Source of the DNA: Lama glama
Taxonomy: Eukaryota
Direction: 5' to 3'
Length of the DNA: 64,000 nucleotides
NCBI GenBank assembly: GCA_028534125.1
Contig: CM052816.1
Span: 558,001-622,000 of the forward strand
The notes beneath the pieces were generated by a model. It was not told the origin of the DNA. It saw nothing but the letters and a program-made list of their open reading frames with translations, and ran no database searches. The first letter of the stretch is position 1; every line of letters starts with the position of its first letter. The position numbers and the translations under genes were made by a program. Positions 38,921-53,000 of this stretch are shown here, piece after piece.

Positions 38921-39519
38921 TGCTTTGAATTCGTAAATCAGCAAAATCTTTGGTTGCAGATCTCAGGAGTGAGGGCAGCCTGTCCAAGCCTGAGCTGAGC
39001 CTGAGGTCACTGTCCCCACTTCCTGCCTGCTGCTCCAGTGGTCGGCTTCCTTTCTGGGCCCACTCCAGGCTTGTCCACCTTCCTGTGTGTCAGGGCAGCT
39101 GGCCTGATGGGGTCAACGCTGATTTTAAGCCCCAGGGCTGCCAGAGAGATCTTCTCAAACGTAAGTCAGCTCAAGGCCCCCTCTGCTGGCCTCCCTAACC
39201 CCATGCATCTTCACTTGGATTGGAGGAAAAGCCAAGGGCCTACAGAGCCCTGCATATGCCCTTCAAACCCTGCCCCTATGTCTCTTCAAGCTGGTCCGTA
39301 CTCTTCTCCCCTTTCTGTCTTCAACTTCAAGTGTGTTGGCCTCCTGCAGCTCCCTGAACAAGCTAATCTGGCTCCAGGCTGAGGTCTTTGAACGAGCTGT
39401 TCTCTCTGCCTGAAATGGCCTTCCTTAGGTTTTCCGGTGGTCCTCACCTTCTACAGCCTTTGTTCAAATTTTACCTTCCCAGTCACATCTTCTATGACCG
39501 CCGCATGCCCCACTCTTCA

Positions 39520-40230
39520 TAGAGGCCTTCCAAATACCTTGGCCAAAAGCATTGCTGTTGGTCCTGTGAAATCTCAGACCCTCTCCTTCTGGAACCCATA
39601 AATTCTCACCCTTTGAGTTAGTCACAGGACACCCAATGCACCTGGCTCCGGCTTCCTTTGATCCATAACTGATAAATGGGGAGATACTTCAATATTGCTA
39701 AGACCTAATTGTTTCTATTAAAAATAACCTAGATAGTTCATATGTTGGAAAAGACACCTCTAAAAGAACTCTCTCTAACCTCATGGGAGAGGCCTTCATC
39801 AAGTACAGCTATCCGACCCTTGTGCTGCCAGACTCCAAGGAACAGACCCTTGGATTCATGGTGACACACCTAAAGAAAGCCTCAAACCGTGACTGGACCG
39901 CCACGTCATCTGGTGACCTGAAAGTAAAGATTTCCTAAAACTGAAGCATGTGACATCATATGAGACAACTTCCCCAAGATATCTGGACCAGGCCTGTTGG
40001 AGATTTGTCGCCAACCTTTGATGATAACATAACACTTCAGATGATCTTCAAAGTCTATGATCCTGATAACATATGATGGACTTTAGATTAAAAAATGCTT
40101 GAGAGTTCTCTTTCCTACCCATCATTGTCACTTGAATGTGACCTTAATAGATTTCCAATGTGTGCACTTTCCCTCCAACGTGAGACACCACAACCAGGAA
40201 GTCTTTCCTGGCACTGAGGAGCAAAAACTG
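39520..40230 (+). mobile_element. Degraded ERV1 internal fragment (integrase end and downstream region)
   Basis: gactccaaggaacagacccttggattcatg..cacctaaagaaagc resembles the LQG.DPWIH..HLKKA end of ERV pol. Confidence 0.5.
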
Positions 40231-40252
40231 TTGTAGCCAGAAAACCTATCTC

Positions 40253-41325
40253 TTTTTTTTTTTTTTTAATTGAAGTATAGTTGATTTACAATATTGTGTT
40301 AGTTTCTGGTGTGCATAGTGATTCAGTTATATGTATATATTTTATATTCTTTTTCATTATAAGTTATTACAGGATACTGAGTATAGTTCCCTGTGCTATA
40401 TATTGGGACCTTATTGTTTGTCTATTTTATGTATGGTAGGCAGTATCTGCAAATCTCAAACTCCTAATTTATGCCTCCCTCTTTTTCCCTTTTGGTAATA
40501 ATACATTTATTTTCTATGTCTGTGAGTCTACTTCTGTTTTGTAAGTTCATTTCTGCCATCTTTATATTCCACATATAAGTGATATCATAGGACATTTGTC
40601 TTTCTTTCTCTGACTTACTTCACCTAGTTTGATAATCTCTAGGTCCATCCATGTTGCTGCAAATGGCGTATTTCATTTTTTATGGCTGAGTAGTATTCCA
40701 TTGTATATATATTCACCACATCTTTTTTATCCAGTTATGTGTCGATGGACATTTAGGTAGCTTCCATGTCTTGTCTATTGTAAATAGTGCTGCTATGAAC
40801 ATTGAGGTGCATGTGTGTTTTTTGAAGCAGAGCTTTCTCCAGATATATGCCCAGGAGTGGGATTGCTGGATCATATGATAACTCTATTTTTAGTTTTTTA
40901 AGGAATCTCCATACTGTTTTCCATAGTGGCTGCATCAAATTACATTCCCACCAATAGTGCAGGAGGGTCCCCTTTTCTCCACACCCTCTCCAGCGTTTAT
41001 TATTTGTAGACATTTTAATGATGCCATTTCTATTGGTGTAAGCTGATGCATCATTGTAGTTTTGTTTTTCATTTTTCTGATAACTAGTGATATTGAGCAT
41101 CTTTTCATGTGCCTATTGGTCATCTGTACGTCTTCATTGGAGAAGCCTGTTTAGGTGTTCTGCCCATTTTTTGATTGGGTTTTTTTTGTTGTTGTTGTTA
41201 ATTGAGTTGTATGAGCTTTTTGTATGAAATTAAACCCTTGTCAGTTACATTGTTTGCAAATATTTCTTCCCAGTCTATAGGTTGTCTTTTCCTTCTGTTC
41301 ATGGTTTCCTTTGATGTGCAAAAAT
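40253..41325 (-). mobile_element. L1 3' end (ORF2 C-terminus, 3'UTR, poly(A))
   Basis: Poly-T start; minus translations MKRCSISLVIRKM and [51 protein letters not shown]. Confidence 0.9.
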
Positions 41326-41558
41326 CAAGAGGTGGACACAGTTCTCTGAGATCTGCATTGCTGAGGCCTGAGGAACACGGCAGAGGCAGGGTTGGGAAGG
41401 GAGGGTCTGGGGTCCGTTCTGGCCCTGATGAGTTCTGAGGTGTCCTCAAGACTGTCAATTTGCATCAAACACAGAAAGCCAAACTCCCAGATTTTACTCT
41501 CTGTACGAGGCTCTTTTCCTGCCTGGCTACCAGCCTGTTCACCTTGTGCCAACTCCCT

Positions 41559-41922
41559 TGTTTTAGTCTGGGCTGCTGTATCAAAATACTGTGACTGGTT
41601 TTATGGCAAACATTTATTTCGCACAGTTCTGGTGGCTGGAAGTCCAAGATCAAGGTGTCAGGGGAGTTGGTGTCTGGCGAGAGCCTTCTCCCTGACTTTC
41701 AGATGACCACCTCCTTGCTGTGCCTCCCATAGTGGAGCAAGGGACAGCTCTGGTTTCTTCTTCTTCTTCTAAGGGCACTATTCCCATCAAAGGGGCTCCT
41801 CCCTCATGACTTCATCTAAACCTAAGTACCTCTCAAACATTCTACCCCCAAACGCCATCGCATTGGGAGTTAGGGTTTCAACCTATGAATTTGGTGGAGA
41901 CACAAACTTTCAGTCCGTAACA
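41559..41922 (-). mobile_element. MaLR LTR (MLT1A-like)
   Basis: gggctgctgtatcaaaatac...cacagttctggtggctggaagtccaagatcaaggtg...tcagtccgtaaca. Confidence 0.8.
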
Positions 41923-43323
41923 CCTTTTGCCTCTCCAGTCCTCCTCATGGGCGAGCCCATCCCCTTCTGTGTGCTGGTGGCCCCGTGGGAGCAGACACTT
42001 CAGCAGCAGTCCTTGCTGCCAGGGTTGGTTGGTGCTGGGTGGTGGTGGAGGAGGGTGAAAGTGACAACAGGGTTTGACTGGGCTCAGGGATGGACAGAGC
42101 TGGCTCAGAGCTGGGCAAGAAGCAAGTGAACCAGGTGCCCAAGGCTTTGGCTCCAGGGTGTGGGGCTTGGAGTCCCCAGGGTAGAGCAGTCAGAGTAACT
42201 GGGCATTCCTTCTGAGCCAGCTTCTGTACTTCAGCGTGCTATTTCCTCAATTTTACAGGTTATGAAGGCAAGGCTCAGAGATGCTAAGTAACCTGCAAGG
42301 CCACGCCACCCAGCTAGAAATGGTAGAGACAGTGGAGGGTGTCATTCTTGCTCCCATCATCAGTGGGAGTGTGTGTGGGAAGGAGATGGACCACAGTGAC
42401 TCACAAGTTGCGGCAGCCGGAATGTTGATAGCACACACGGTTTCACTGGTCAAGCGAATGTTGGGTCCCCAGAGGTCCTTTGCTTCTCCTTTCCCTGGCC
42501 CTTTAGTGGGTGTCAGACTCAGCTTTCCACAACCGGGCAGACAAAAGCTCGGTACTGCCTGTGCGTGAGCTTTGGGGAAGGTGAAGCCTAAACCGTGCAG
42601 GCCTGTCCTCCATGTCCAACTTCATCAACAATTGTTTTAAGAACAAATAAGCATTTTGTGAATACATTCTATGAATCGTCACTTGGGTCTGTGGCCCTCA
42701 TTAAATTCTCCAAGTTCACTGGCCATTTGGGGAAAATAAATAAATAAAGTTAGTTTGCTACCACATGCCAGACTCCAGAAGAAATCCAGAGAGACTGTAT
42801 TGAAATTACCTTTATTGTTAAGTGAAACATAGGTAGAAAAAAAACTGACCTAATGCGTTTTACAAGTTGCCACGCCTATAACCACCACCCAGGTAAAAAG
42901 CAGTCATCCAGTGGCCCCTCCACGTGCCTTCTTCAGCCACACCAGCCTTATGCACCAAAGTGACCCTAACTGATTTCACAACAATCACATCTGCATTTCT
43001 TTATAGCTTTATCACTCAAAGAGCATCCCCGGGCATTAGGATTTAGTATCATCCTTCTTGCGTTTTACAATTCAAAATGTCTTAAGTCTTTTTAATTTGC
43101 AGGTTCCCCCCTCCATCCTGTCTTTCCCTGATCATTTGTCTGTTAAAGGTCCTGGATCTTAGACTTGTAGTTTCTCCTACTCTGGTTGTTGCTGTTTGCA
43201 CACTCGCGGTGGTGGTTTAGCCCGATTCTCTGTCCGCGGGGCTTTCTGCAAACTGGTTCAGAGGCTTGATCAGATCCAGGTTTGGTCCCTTCGTCAGGAG
43301 TCTGAATGGTGGTGGTGTGTTCC

Positions 43324-43672
43324 TGAAGGGGCAAAACCCACAAAGGGACCAGCAGGACCTCCCAGGCAGGGCCACTGCCTTCCTGCTTTTGTGCTTCTGT
43401 AAGATGGCTTGCTTCTAGGAAAACGAAACTTACCCCTAAAATTCCATTGGTTCCCAAAAGCTCACTCCTGATCGGCCCATTTCTAACACCTAATTTGCAT
43501 ATGGCACGGACTTAATTGAAACCTAAAACCCTATAAAAGCCTGTGTAAACCTCCAAACGGGGTCCAGAGCTTGGAGTGTGAACACCTCTGGGCCCGCCGG
43601 CGTAATAAACCTGAGTTCTCCAACCCTCTGAATGTTTCTTGGTCTCTCGCCAGGATTCAGGTTTCTATAACA
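43324..43672 (+). mobile_element. ERV1-type solo LTR (copy 3 of 3)
   Basis: TGAAGGGGCAAAACCC...TAATTTGCAT...CCTATAAAA...AATAAA...TATAACA. Confidence 0.88.
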
Positions 43673-43865
43673 TTTCATCCATCTGCTTTCTTGAACTCAT
43701 ATTTGTTGCCTCCAGTCTCTACAACATAATTTATTACTTAATCGTATGCCTTAGTGTTATGCATTATTCATTAATGTCTTCATGAGTGTTACTGAAGCCT
43801 CATCTGTATTCAGTGTAAGCTCCTCAAGACTGGAGATTTTGCTTTGGAAGCAGTATAATAATCAT

Positions 43866-44459
43866 TGATGGAAATAACCAATAAACAGTCTGTTGTAGGA
43901 ATAAAAAAAAGAGTTTTATTTGAGCCAAGCTGAGGACATAGTCTGGGAGATACAGATTGAAGAAGCACTTGAATTTTGTTCCACCCAACTACAAAATAGG
44001 GCAGGCTTATGAAGGCAAAGATCTGCAGATTTACATAAGTAGTTTGTCAGTGATTAGAACTGGAGCTGGCAAGGAGTAAGCCTGCTTGTTAAGTAAGGAC
44101 TGTTTAGGGTCCAAAATGGCTACATAGTTACAACGGGGGAACTTGAGACCCTAAGGTTACAGGTGGCAGCTGCTAGAAGATATTTATTTTGGGAACAGTT
44201 GGTGGTGTCCTTGAGTCTGATACAATTCAGAAAATTCAAGGTCTCAGTGATGCAGGAACCTATCTAATACCATATCCACTGAACCAGTCACTCCATTTCG
44301 ATTTTTAAATATTCTTTTCTTTAGTAGTTAGGACAGATACACAATGAAAGTTTGACAGGCCACAGACCAGCTGTTTTAGTTAGCATCAAGTTAAAGTTAA
44401 ATCGTGTATAAGCCTGAATGACTTCCTCAAACCTCAGTATGTGGAAATTTCTTCCATCA
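43866..44459 (-). mobile_element. Probable ERV1 LTR
   Basis: Inverted termini tgatggaa...ttccatca; minus-strand poly(A) signal (ttttatttgagccaa). Confidence 0.55.
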
Positions 44460-44605
44460 TAATCAATCACAATTTTGGAAAGGTTAAACACAACTTTACA
44501 TGTCTCTTACAGTCCCTTAAAAATGTGTTCAGAGGGATAGTCAGCTCCTACGTACAGATGAAAATTTGGACAGGTCCAGGCCACTTCTGCTCACTCTTAG
44601 GCACT

Positions 44606-45103
44606 TGTGATGGCCACAACAGGGGCCCCCAAATGTCTGCATTCTAACCCCCAGAAAACATAGTAAAGGAGAATTAAGGTGGCATATGAAATACATGGAA
44701 TAAGTTTGCTAATCAGTGGATTTTACAATAGAGAGATGATCTTGGATTATCTGGGTAGACCCAGTGCAGTCACAAGGGCCCTTAAATGTGGGAGTCAGAG
44801 GCAGAAGAGCAGCTCAGAGTGATTCAACATGAAAAGGACTCAGCTCAACATTGGTCCTTTGAAGACAGAGAAATGGGCCAAGGAATGCGGACAGCTCTTA
44901 GAAGGTGGAAAAGCAGGCAAACATATCGCACCCAGAGTCTCTGAAAGGAACACAGTCCTGCCAGCACCTTCAGCCTAGCAAGATCTGTGTCAGACTTCTG
45001 ATTTTCAGAACAGAAAGACAAAACAAAAACAAAAACAAAAACTGTGTTGTTTTAAGCCACTAGATTTGTCTTTATTTGTTATTTCAGCAGTAGAAAATGA
45101 ACA
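44606..45103 (+). mobile_element. MaLR LTR (MLT1D-like)
   Basis: ggcccccaaatgtctgcattctaacccc...ttggattatctgggtagacccagtgcagtcacaagggcccttaaa...ttttaagccactagatttg...agcagtagaaaa. Confidence 0.75.
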
Positions 45104-46523
45104 CTGTACAGCAGATTTACCATCATCTGAATTCCCAAACCTAGTCTCAGTCCAGAAACAAACCCTCTTCTTGTTGTCAGACCTGAGACTAATGAAGGTG
45201 CCCTTCCCCATTCCTCCCCAGTTAGGGGTATGTGTGTGGGACTCCCAGAGAGCAGCGGTGCTTTACAAAGATAATCACACCAGTCCTGCCCATCCCCAGC
45301 TCCACCCCCATCTTTCTACATGTGATAAAAAGAGGGAAGAGTCAGGGACCAGTTCCTTGAATGAGCCCTTCCTAAATTCTGCATCCACATATCTCTTACA
45401 CTCGGTGTGGTATCTGATGGCTCTCAGACTGGTGACTCGGTTTAAACTGAAACAGAGGGATTCCCATTTTAAAATGTTCTGCTCCACAATCAAATACGTA
45501 CTAGTTGCTAAATGAATACACGCAGACCTTGAGACTGGCCTATATACTGAATTTGCTGTTAGAACAAACTTTCTTGAGCAAAGTCCTTGCTTGGTGAGCG
45601 CTTTTCATAAACTCATCGTGTCCAATCCCTATCAAGCTTCTGTTGTTGTTAGCCTATTTTGGAAATTGATCTTTTCCCAGCAAGACTGCCTGTCCTGTAT
45701 GTGTACATCAAAGTACAATGTGTCCGTTTGAATAATCGGTCTTAAGGTATTCTGTGCAAACAATAATTCCCAAAGGCTTTGCCGACATCACCACCCAGTT
45801 TGGACTAACTTGCCCCACGTCCCCACTGGCAAAGTGATGAAGACAGAGCTCTCAGCTGCTGCCATACACCGAGTTTCTTCAGAAATGCTTAGTTTGATGG
45901 CATAAAGATGAAAATGAGATGTGTCAGGAACATGCACGTGTGAATTACTATTATCAAAATCATTTGCCTGATACTTGAGTGTCCTTCCATTAATAGAGTT
46001 AGTGTTTTTCTGTATCAATCCTAATATGATCACCTAAATGAACTCTAACCTCTGGGACTAATTACTGTCTTGTGCTGAGAAATGAGGGTGACTGTTGACT
46101 TGGTACTGAGGGATTCATTATTTTCAGGGCTCCTTCAGGGACTGTTTCTGCTCCATCGGAAAGTCTGATCTCTTTGGATTTAAATTATACAGACTCAGGT
46201 GCTGAACAAATTGGCACAACTGAAGTGAGGAGAAACACCTTCCCAGGTGTGGGGATGGGAAATGGGGGACCTGGTTTCCGTGTGTGGCTCAGGTCACACC
46301 ACCTTCTGGGGACAGGGAACGTTAGCTGAGGCCCAGGGATTACCATAATGAGTCTCCTCAACCAGCGCCCGCGTCGGGTTCTCTCTGGAGTGTTTAATAG
46401 GAAACCTAGAAAAAAAAGAATGAATGCTTACTTTTCTGTGATAATGACAGTAGACAACAGGGAACCTGTAGTGGAAACATCATACTTTCTCAAAGAGCAG
46501 GCTACTCAAAGTCTCAGGAGGGT

Positions 46524-47040
46524 CTACCAGTCTAAAGCAAACAGATACAGTAAGGGGTTAACATACTTGAAAAGCAAGGTAACCACAAATCAAAAGCATA
46601 CAACAGAGTCACGGAAACCAAAAAGAAACCAAGCTAATATAAAAGAAAATTATCAAACCAGTAAAATACCATATGATATCACTTAAATGTGGAATCTAAA
46701 AAAAAAGACAAATGAACTTATTTACAAAACAGAAACAGACTCACAGACACAGAAAACAAACTTATGGTTACCAGCAGGGGAAGGGGGTGGGAAGGGATAA
46801 ATTGGGAGTTTGAGATTTGTAGGTACTAATATATATATATATATATAATAGATAAACGACTAGTTCATATTGTTTAGCACAGGAAACTATATTCAATATC
46901 TTGTAGTAACCTGCAGTGAAAAAGAATATGAAAACAAATCTATGTATGTTCATGTGTGACTAAAGCATTGTGTTGTACACCAGAAACAGACACAACATTG
47001 TAAATTGACTATACTTCAATAAAAATAAAAATTAAAAAAA
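46524..47040 (+). mobile_element. Short internally deleted L1 (inter-ORF segment joined to 3'UTR and poly(A))
   Basis: Junction ~46660 to aaataccatatgatatcac; approximate TSD tct(c/t)aggagggt on both sides. Confidence 0.75.
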
Positions 47041-47425
47041 AAATCTTAGGAGGGTAAAACCTTGTGGCTTGCTGGCAGCCAGTTCACTCAACATGGATCA
47101 TATTTATATATGCTTATATGCATACATACATAGACACATGTTTCTATATATTAAGAAAAAAATGTTACGCTTACAGAAAAAATTGTAAAAAATAGTAAAA
47201 AGATTATACCTTTCACCCAGCTTCTAACGCTGACATTTTATAGAAGCAGAGCACAGTTGTCAAAACTAGAATAGTAACTACAGTCCTTAGTCACATTTCA
47301 TAATGTCCAAACAAGATCTCGTACTGCATTTGATTGCTTTTGTCTTCTTAGTCTCTTTCCATCTCGGATGGTTCCTCAGTCTTTTCTAACTTTGACACAT
47401 GGTAAAAGTACCACTAGGTTATCTT

Positions 47426-47947
47426 TGTAACAGAAAAGAACAAATCTGACTCCGTATTAGGTCTATTTCTTTGGCTTTAACCCTGTGACCTGTGTCCTAG
47501 GCTTAGTCTTGCTGGCTCTGCACCTTCTGTAAAAGAATGTGGCCTTTAGCCAGAAATATGAGGAGGCCCTATTCTCAAGGCTCTGACCTTTAAGGATATT
47601 ACCAGTTTCGCACTTATGTAAAGATAACAAGTTGCAGAATAGAAAATGATGTTTGTTCTGTTACAGGTTTAGCAGGGGCACCATGACCTGACCCATGTGG
47701 ACAGCTGCAAGAACAAAGAATTCCTACAGCAAGAAGTTTTCAACAACTAACCACAGCCCCTTCTGCTTTTTAATAAAAAAAGAGCCTTAATCCTGACTTA
47801 GGGAAGATGGTTCTTCAAGACATTAGTCTGCCATCCTCTGCGTCTCCTGGCTTTCCGAATAAAGTCGCTATTCCTCACACCAACACCTCGTCTCCCGATT
47901 TACTGGCCCGTCATGTGGCGAGCAGAATGAGTTTGGACTTGGTAACA
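47426..47947 (+). mobile_element. ERV1 solo LTR (different family)
   Basis: TGTAACAG...AATAAAG...GGTAACA with perfect 4-bp TSD TCTT (47422-47425 and 47948-47951). Confidence 0.88.
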
Positions 47948-48574
47948 TCTTGTTAAATGGCCCTGAGTTTGGACTTGTTGGCTGTTTTCTCATTATTAGG
48001 CGAAGGCCATGCATGTTTGTCAAGAGTGCCACAGAAGCAGTGTTGTGTCCTCTGCAGGGCATTATACTAGGGGGCCCCTGATGTCAGTCTGACTTGTTAG
48101 TGACGGAGTTAACCTTGATTAGCAAAGACAGGTTTTGAGTTAGGAGATGGTGGGGCGACACATGCCACAACAAGCACAACGTTCCAGCCTGGGCAAGTGG
48201 CCAGCTGCTGCTTTGGGAGGTAAGTCTGTCCACTCACTGCCAGCTGGGGGCCTTATACCCTAAGGGGACTCCTATCCCTCAGGCCTGGGCTGTGCAAAAC
48301 CACCATCCCTTCTTCAGGGGTGAAGAATGTGGCCAACTTGATAGAAGGCACTGGCTTGGGCTTTGTCAATTCTGTTCTCAAAGGTTTAGTGTTTCTCAAA
48401 CACATGTGACCGTGACTATAATAACAACAACAATAGCAAGAATGATGAAGGTAGCAAAATAATTGACATCTACTGAGCCAAGCATAGGACTGAACGCTTC
48501 ACATTTAATATTTTTTCACACAATTCTTATGACAACCTTGAAGTAGGTACTATTATTATTCTTAGATAAAGAAA

Positions 48575-49581
48575 TTGAGGATATGAAGCAAGATGGAAGA
48601 GTAGATGGATGCCTGTAGCTCACTCTCTCCCACAAATACACCAAAACTCACATCTGCAGACCTGCTCAGCCGACCAGAGCACCTGACGAACTCTGACAGA
48701 ATGTTGCCCTCTTCGAAAGACAAAGACGCCAAAAATCTGGTAGCAAAACAGGGTGAAGACACAAAGACCTCTCGATAAAATCATTAAGAGCACACCATCT
48801 CCGGGATAACCAGGTAACTGATACTCCTTAAGCCACAGTGCCAGAGAGATATGAGCAATATGGAGAAGCAGAGGACGCACTCCCAATTAAAAGATCAAGA
48901 AAAATCCCCTGAAAGCATGATCAAGGAAATAGACATGGATGGCCTACTAGATCAAGATTTCAAAAAAGGAGTGATTACAGTACTGAAGGAACTAAAAGAC
49001 ATAGTGTTTAGAGATATAAAATATCTCAAAACTGAAATAGAAGCTATAAAGAAGAACCAAGTAGAATCAGTAAACTTATTGGCTGAGATGAGAGCTGACC
49101 TAAAATAAAAGCTGTGCAAAGCAGGGTAGATAATGCAGAGGAATGAGTAAGTAACTGAGAAGACAGGACAACAGAAAGCACCCAATCAGAACAGCTGAGA
49201 GAAAAACAAATAAAAAATAATGAAAACAACATAAGGGACCTATGGGATAATATAGAGCGTGCCAATCTATGCATAATAGGGGTTCCAGAAGGGGAAGAAA
49301 GAACAAAGGGGATTGAAAAGGTATTGGAAGAAATCATGACTGAAAACTTCCCAAACCTAAAGGAATCAGATAGCCAAGTACAGGAGGCTCAGAGGGTCCC
49401 AAACAGGAAGAACCCAAACAGACCCACACCAAGACATATCATAATCAAGATGGCCAGAGTCAAGGATAAAGAAATGATTCTAAAGGCAGCAACAGAAAAG
49501 CAAAGAGTGAGTTACAAGGGAACCCCCAGAAGGCACTCATCTTATTTCTCAACACAAACACTACAGACCAGAAGGGAGTGG
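48575..49581 (+). mobile_element. L1 5' end with short 5'UTR and frameshifted ORF1, same family as 32641-34276; runs into the gap
   Basis: caagatgg L1-start motif; ORF1 MSNMEKQRTHSQLKDQEKSPESMIKEIDMDGLLDQDFKKG nearly identical to the 32.6 kb copy. Confidence 0.85.
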
Positions 49582-50081
49582 NNNNNNNNNNNNNNNNNNN
49601 NNNNNNNNNNNNNNNNNNNNNNNNNNNNNNNNNNNNNNNNNNNNNNNNNNNNNNNNNNNNNNNNNNNNNNNNNNNNNNNNNNNNNNNNNNNNNNNNNNNN
49701 NNNNNNNNNNNNNNNNNNNNNNNNNNNNNNNNNNNNNNNNNNNNNNNNNNNNNNNNNNNNNNNNNNNNNNNNNNNNNNNNNNNNNNNNNNNNNNNNNNNN
49801 NNNNNNNNNNNNNNNNNNNNNNNNNNNNNNNNNNNNNNNNNNNNNNNNNNNNNNNNNNNNNNNNNNNNNNNNNNNNNNNNNNNNNNNNNNNNNNNNNNNN
49901 NNNNNNNNNNNNNNNNNNNNNNNNNNNNNNNNNNNNNNNNNNNNNNNNNNNNNNNNNNNNNNNNNNNNNNNNNNNNNNNNNNNNNNNNNNNNNNNNNNNN
50001 NNNNNNNNNNNNNNNNNNNNNNNNNNNNNNNNNNNNNNNNNNNNNNNNNNNNNNNNNNNNNNNNNNNNNNNNNNNNNNNNN
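49582..50081. other. Assembly gap (500 N, likely a placeholder size)
   Basis: Run of N between an L1 and the tandem array. Confidence 1.
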
Positions 50082-53000
50082 CAGGAATGAACAGCTTTTC
50101 CCAACAGCCTTGCACTGAGGCCAAAACTGGGACATGTGGGACAGACAGCTATTTGACCCAGCAGCCTGGTGCCCAAAACCACATTTGGAATGCCCCAGAC
50201 AGAGAGCTCTTTGATCCAGTAATCTGGGGCCAGAGACCAAGTCTGGGACGCCCTGAGCAGACAACTGGTCGCACTGGCAGCCCAGTGCTGAAGTAAATCT
50301 GAGTCAACTAGTTAGAACTGCTGGTCCAACAATTGCTTCTGGGACAGAAGCCTGATGCCCAATGCAAAGCTGGGTGCCTAGGATGGACAGCTAGTCAACC
50401 TGGCTGCCCAGTGCTTGAGGACACTTTGGAGATGCAAGGGATACTCAAGACAGATTGGTGGTTGACCCAGCAGCCTGACACTCAAAGCCAACACCAGGAC
50501 ATTCAGAATGCCCAGGATGCACAGCTAGTTAACCCAGCCATTAAGGGCCTGTGGCCAAGTCTGGGATGCACAAGACATCCAGGATTGACAGCTGTCATCA
50601 GGAAGTACAGCTCCTGAGGCCAAGTCCGAGATCCCTGAGACAAACAGCTGGTCAACCCAGTAGCCTGTCACCTGAGGCCAAGTGTGGAATGTCCAGGGTG
50701 CCCAAGATAAAAACCTGATCATCCAGGAGCTTGGAACTAAGGCTGACACTGGGAATGCCTGAGACAGACGACTGCTTGACCTGACAGCCCATCACCAAGG
50801 GCTATGTCCAGGACAGCTGGGATGAACAGTTGGTCTCTCAGCAACCCAGTGCCTGAGGCCAATCTGGGATGCCCTGGATGGACAGCTAGCTAATGAACCC
50901 AGTAGCCCAGCACCCGAGGCCAAGTTTGTGATTCCTGGGATGGACATCTTATGAACCTTGCAGCCTGGTGCCAAAGACCAACTTTTGTTGCATGGGATAC
51001 CTGGGATGAACAGCTGGTCTGTGCAGCAGTCTGGCCGTCAAAACAAACCTGGGATGCCCCCCCACAAATGACTGGACAGCCCAGTGATCAATGATATGTT
51101 CAGGATGTTTGGGATGCCTGGGACAGACAGCTGGTCAATCTGGTAGCCCAGTGCTGAGGCCAAGACTAGAACATTCTGATGAACAGCTGGTTGACCCAGT
51201 AGACTCCAGCACCCAAGGCCAAGTCCAGAATGCCCAAGAAACCCCAAACAAACAACTGACTGACTTGGCAGCCCAGTGCCTGAGGCCAAATCTTGGATGC
51301 TCAGGAGCCCAAATCAGACTGCTGGTCACCAGGAAACCTAGAACCCAAGGCCAAGTCCTGGGTGCTTGGGATGCCCAGGATGGATAATTAGTCAACCCAG
51401 CAGCATAGTACTCAAGGCCAAGTCCGGGAAAACGTACAAACAACGATTGACCGAGCAGCGTGCAACCCTAGGATGAGACTGCGATCCTCTGGGTGGACAG
51501 CTGGTTAACATAATTGTCTGAAGTCCAAGGACAAGTCTGGGACGCCCAGGAAGCTCAAGATGAACAGCCAGTCTATTTGGCAGCCTGGGAACTGTGGCCA
51601 AGTCAGGGTTACACAGAATAAACAGCTGGTAGGCCCTGTGGCCTGCACCTGAGGTAAAGTTCAGAAGGCCCAGGATGGACAACTGGTTGACTTGGTAGTT
51701 CAGAGCTCCAGACCAAGTGTGGCACACCTGAAATAAAATACTGGTTGACATGACAGCCTGAATCCAGAGGCCAAGTTTGAGATGCCCATGACAGACAGCT
51801 AGACAGCCCAGTATCCTAGTGCCCAAGGCCAATTCCTGGATGCCCAAATGGACACGTATTCACCCTGGCAACCCAACACCCGAGGTCAAGTTTACAATGC
51901 CTGAGATGAGCAGTTGGTTGAACCAGCAACCTCGTGTGGGAGACCAATTCTACCTAACAGCTCAGCACCCAAGACAAAATCTGGCACACCAGGGACTCCC
52001 AGAACAGGTAACTGGTCATCCCAGCAGCCTGGCACCTGAGGCTGAGTTGAGATGCCCAGACAAACAGCTGGTTGAGCTAGCCTCTTGATACCCAAAGGCA
52101 AATTTGGATTCCCCATACGGACAGCTAGCTGAACTAGCAGCCTGGGGCCCAAGACGAAGTCTGAAACACCTAGAACAAATAGCTGGTCAACATGGCAGCC
52201 TGGCATCCTGGTCAAGTTTGGGATCCATGAGACACCTGGGGAAAACAGCTTATTGACTCAGCAGCCTGGTGCCAATGCCAAAGCAGGGACCCTCAGAACA
52301 GATGACTGGCAAACCTAGTAGCCCAGTGCCTGAGTCCAAGTCCTAAATTCCCTGAATGAATAGTTGATCCACCTGTCATCCTAATGCCTGATACCAATTC
52401 ATGACACCTGGGACAGAAAAATGGTCTACTTAACAGCCAGGTGCCCAAGGAGAGTTTTGAATGTGCAGGACACACATCTGGTTGATTGGCAGTCCCATGC
52501 CCGGGGCCAAGTCCAAGATATCCAGATTGCCTGGGATGAACAGTTGTTTTATTCAGCAGCCTGGTACCTGAGGCAAGTTCAGGACACGTGGGATGGCAGC
52601 TGGTTTGGCCTAAAGGATGCTTGTCATATTTGGATGATGCCAAATATGGCAAGCCCAGGACAAACCACTGGTCTACAAGGCAGCTCAATTCAGAAGCCAA
52701 GCCTGAGACAGACAGCTGGTTGACCAGGCAGCCCAGGGCCAAGGCCAAGGCTGGGACACCTTAGAAAGATAGGTGACTGACCTGGCAGCCAATCCAGATT
52801 TGGCTAGATTTGGCTACAGGCCAAATCTAGGGTGATCACATCAGAAAGCAAGTCAACCTGGCAGCCTAATTCCTGAGGCCAAGTCCAGGATTTCTGGGAA
52901 GGTCTGTCTCGTGGCACATTGGCTCTAGAGGTCAAGTCCAGGATGCCTGGGACAGCTAGTTGACATGGCAGCCTGGCACAAAAGGCCAAGTCTGGACTAT

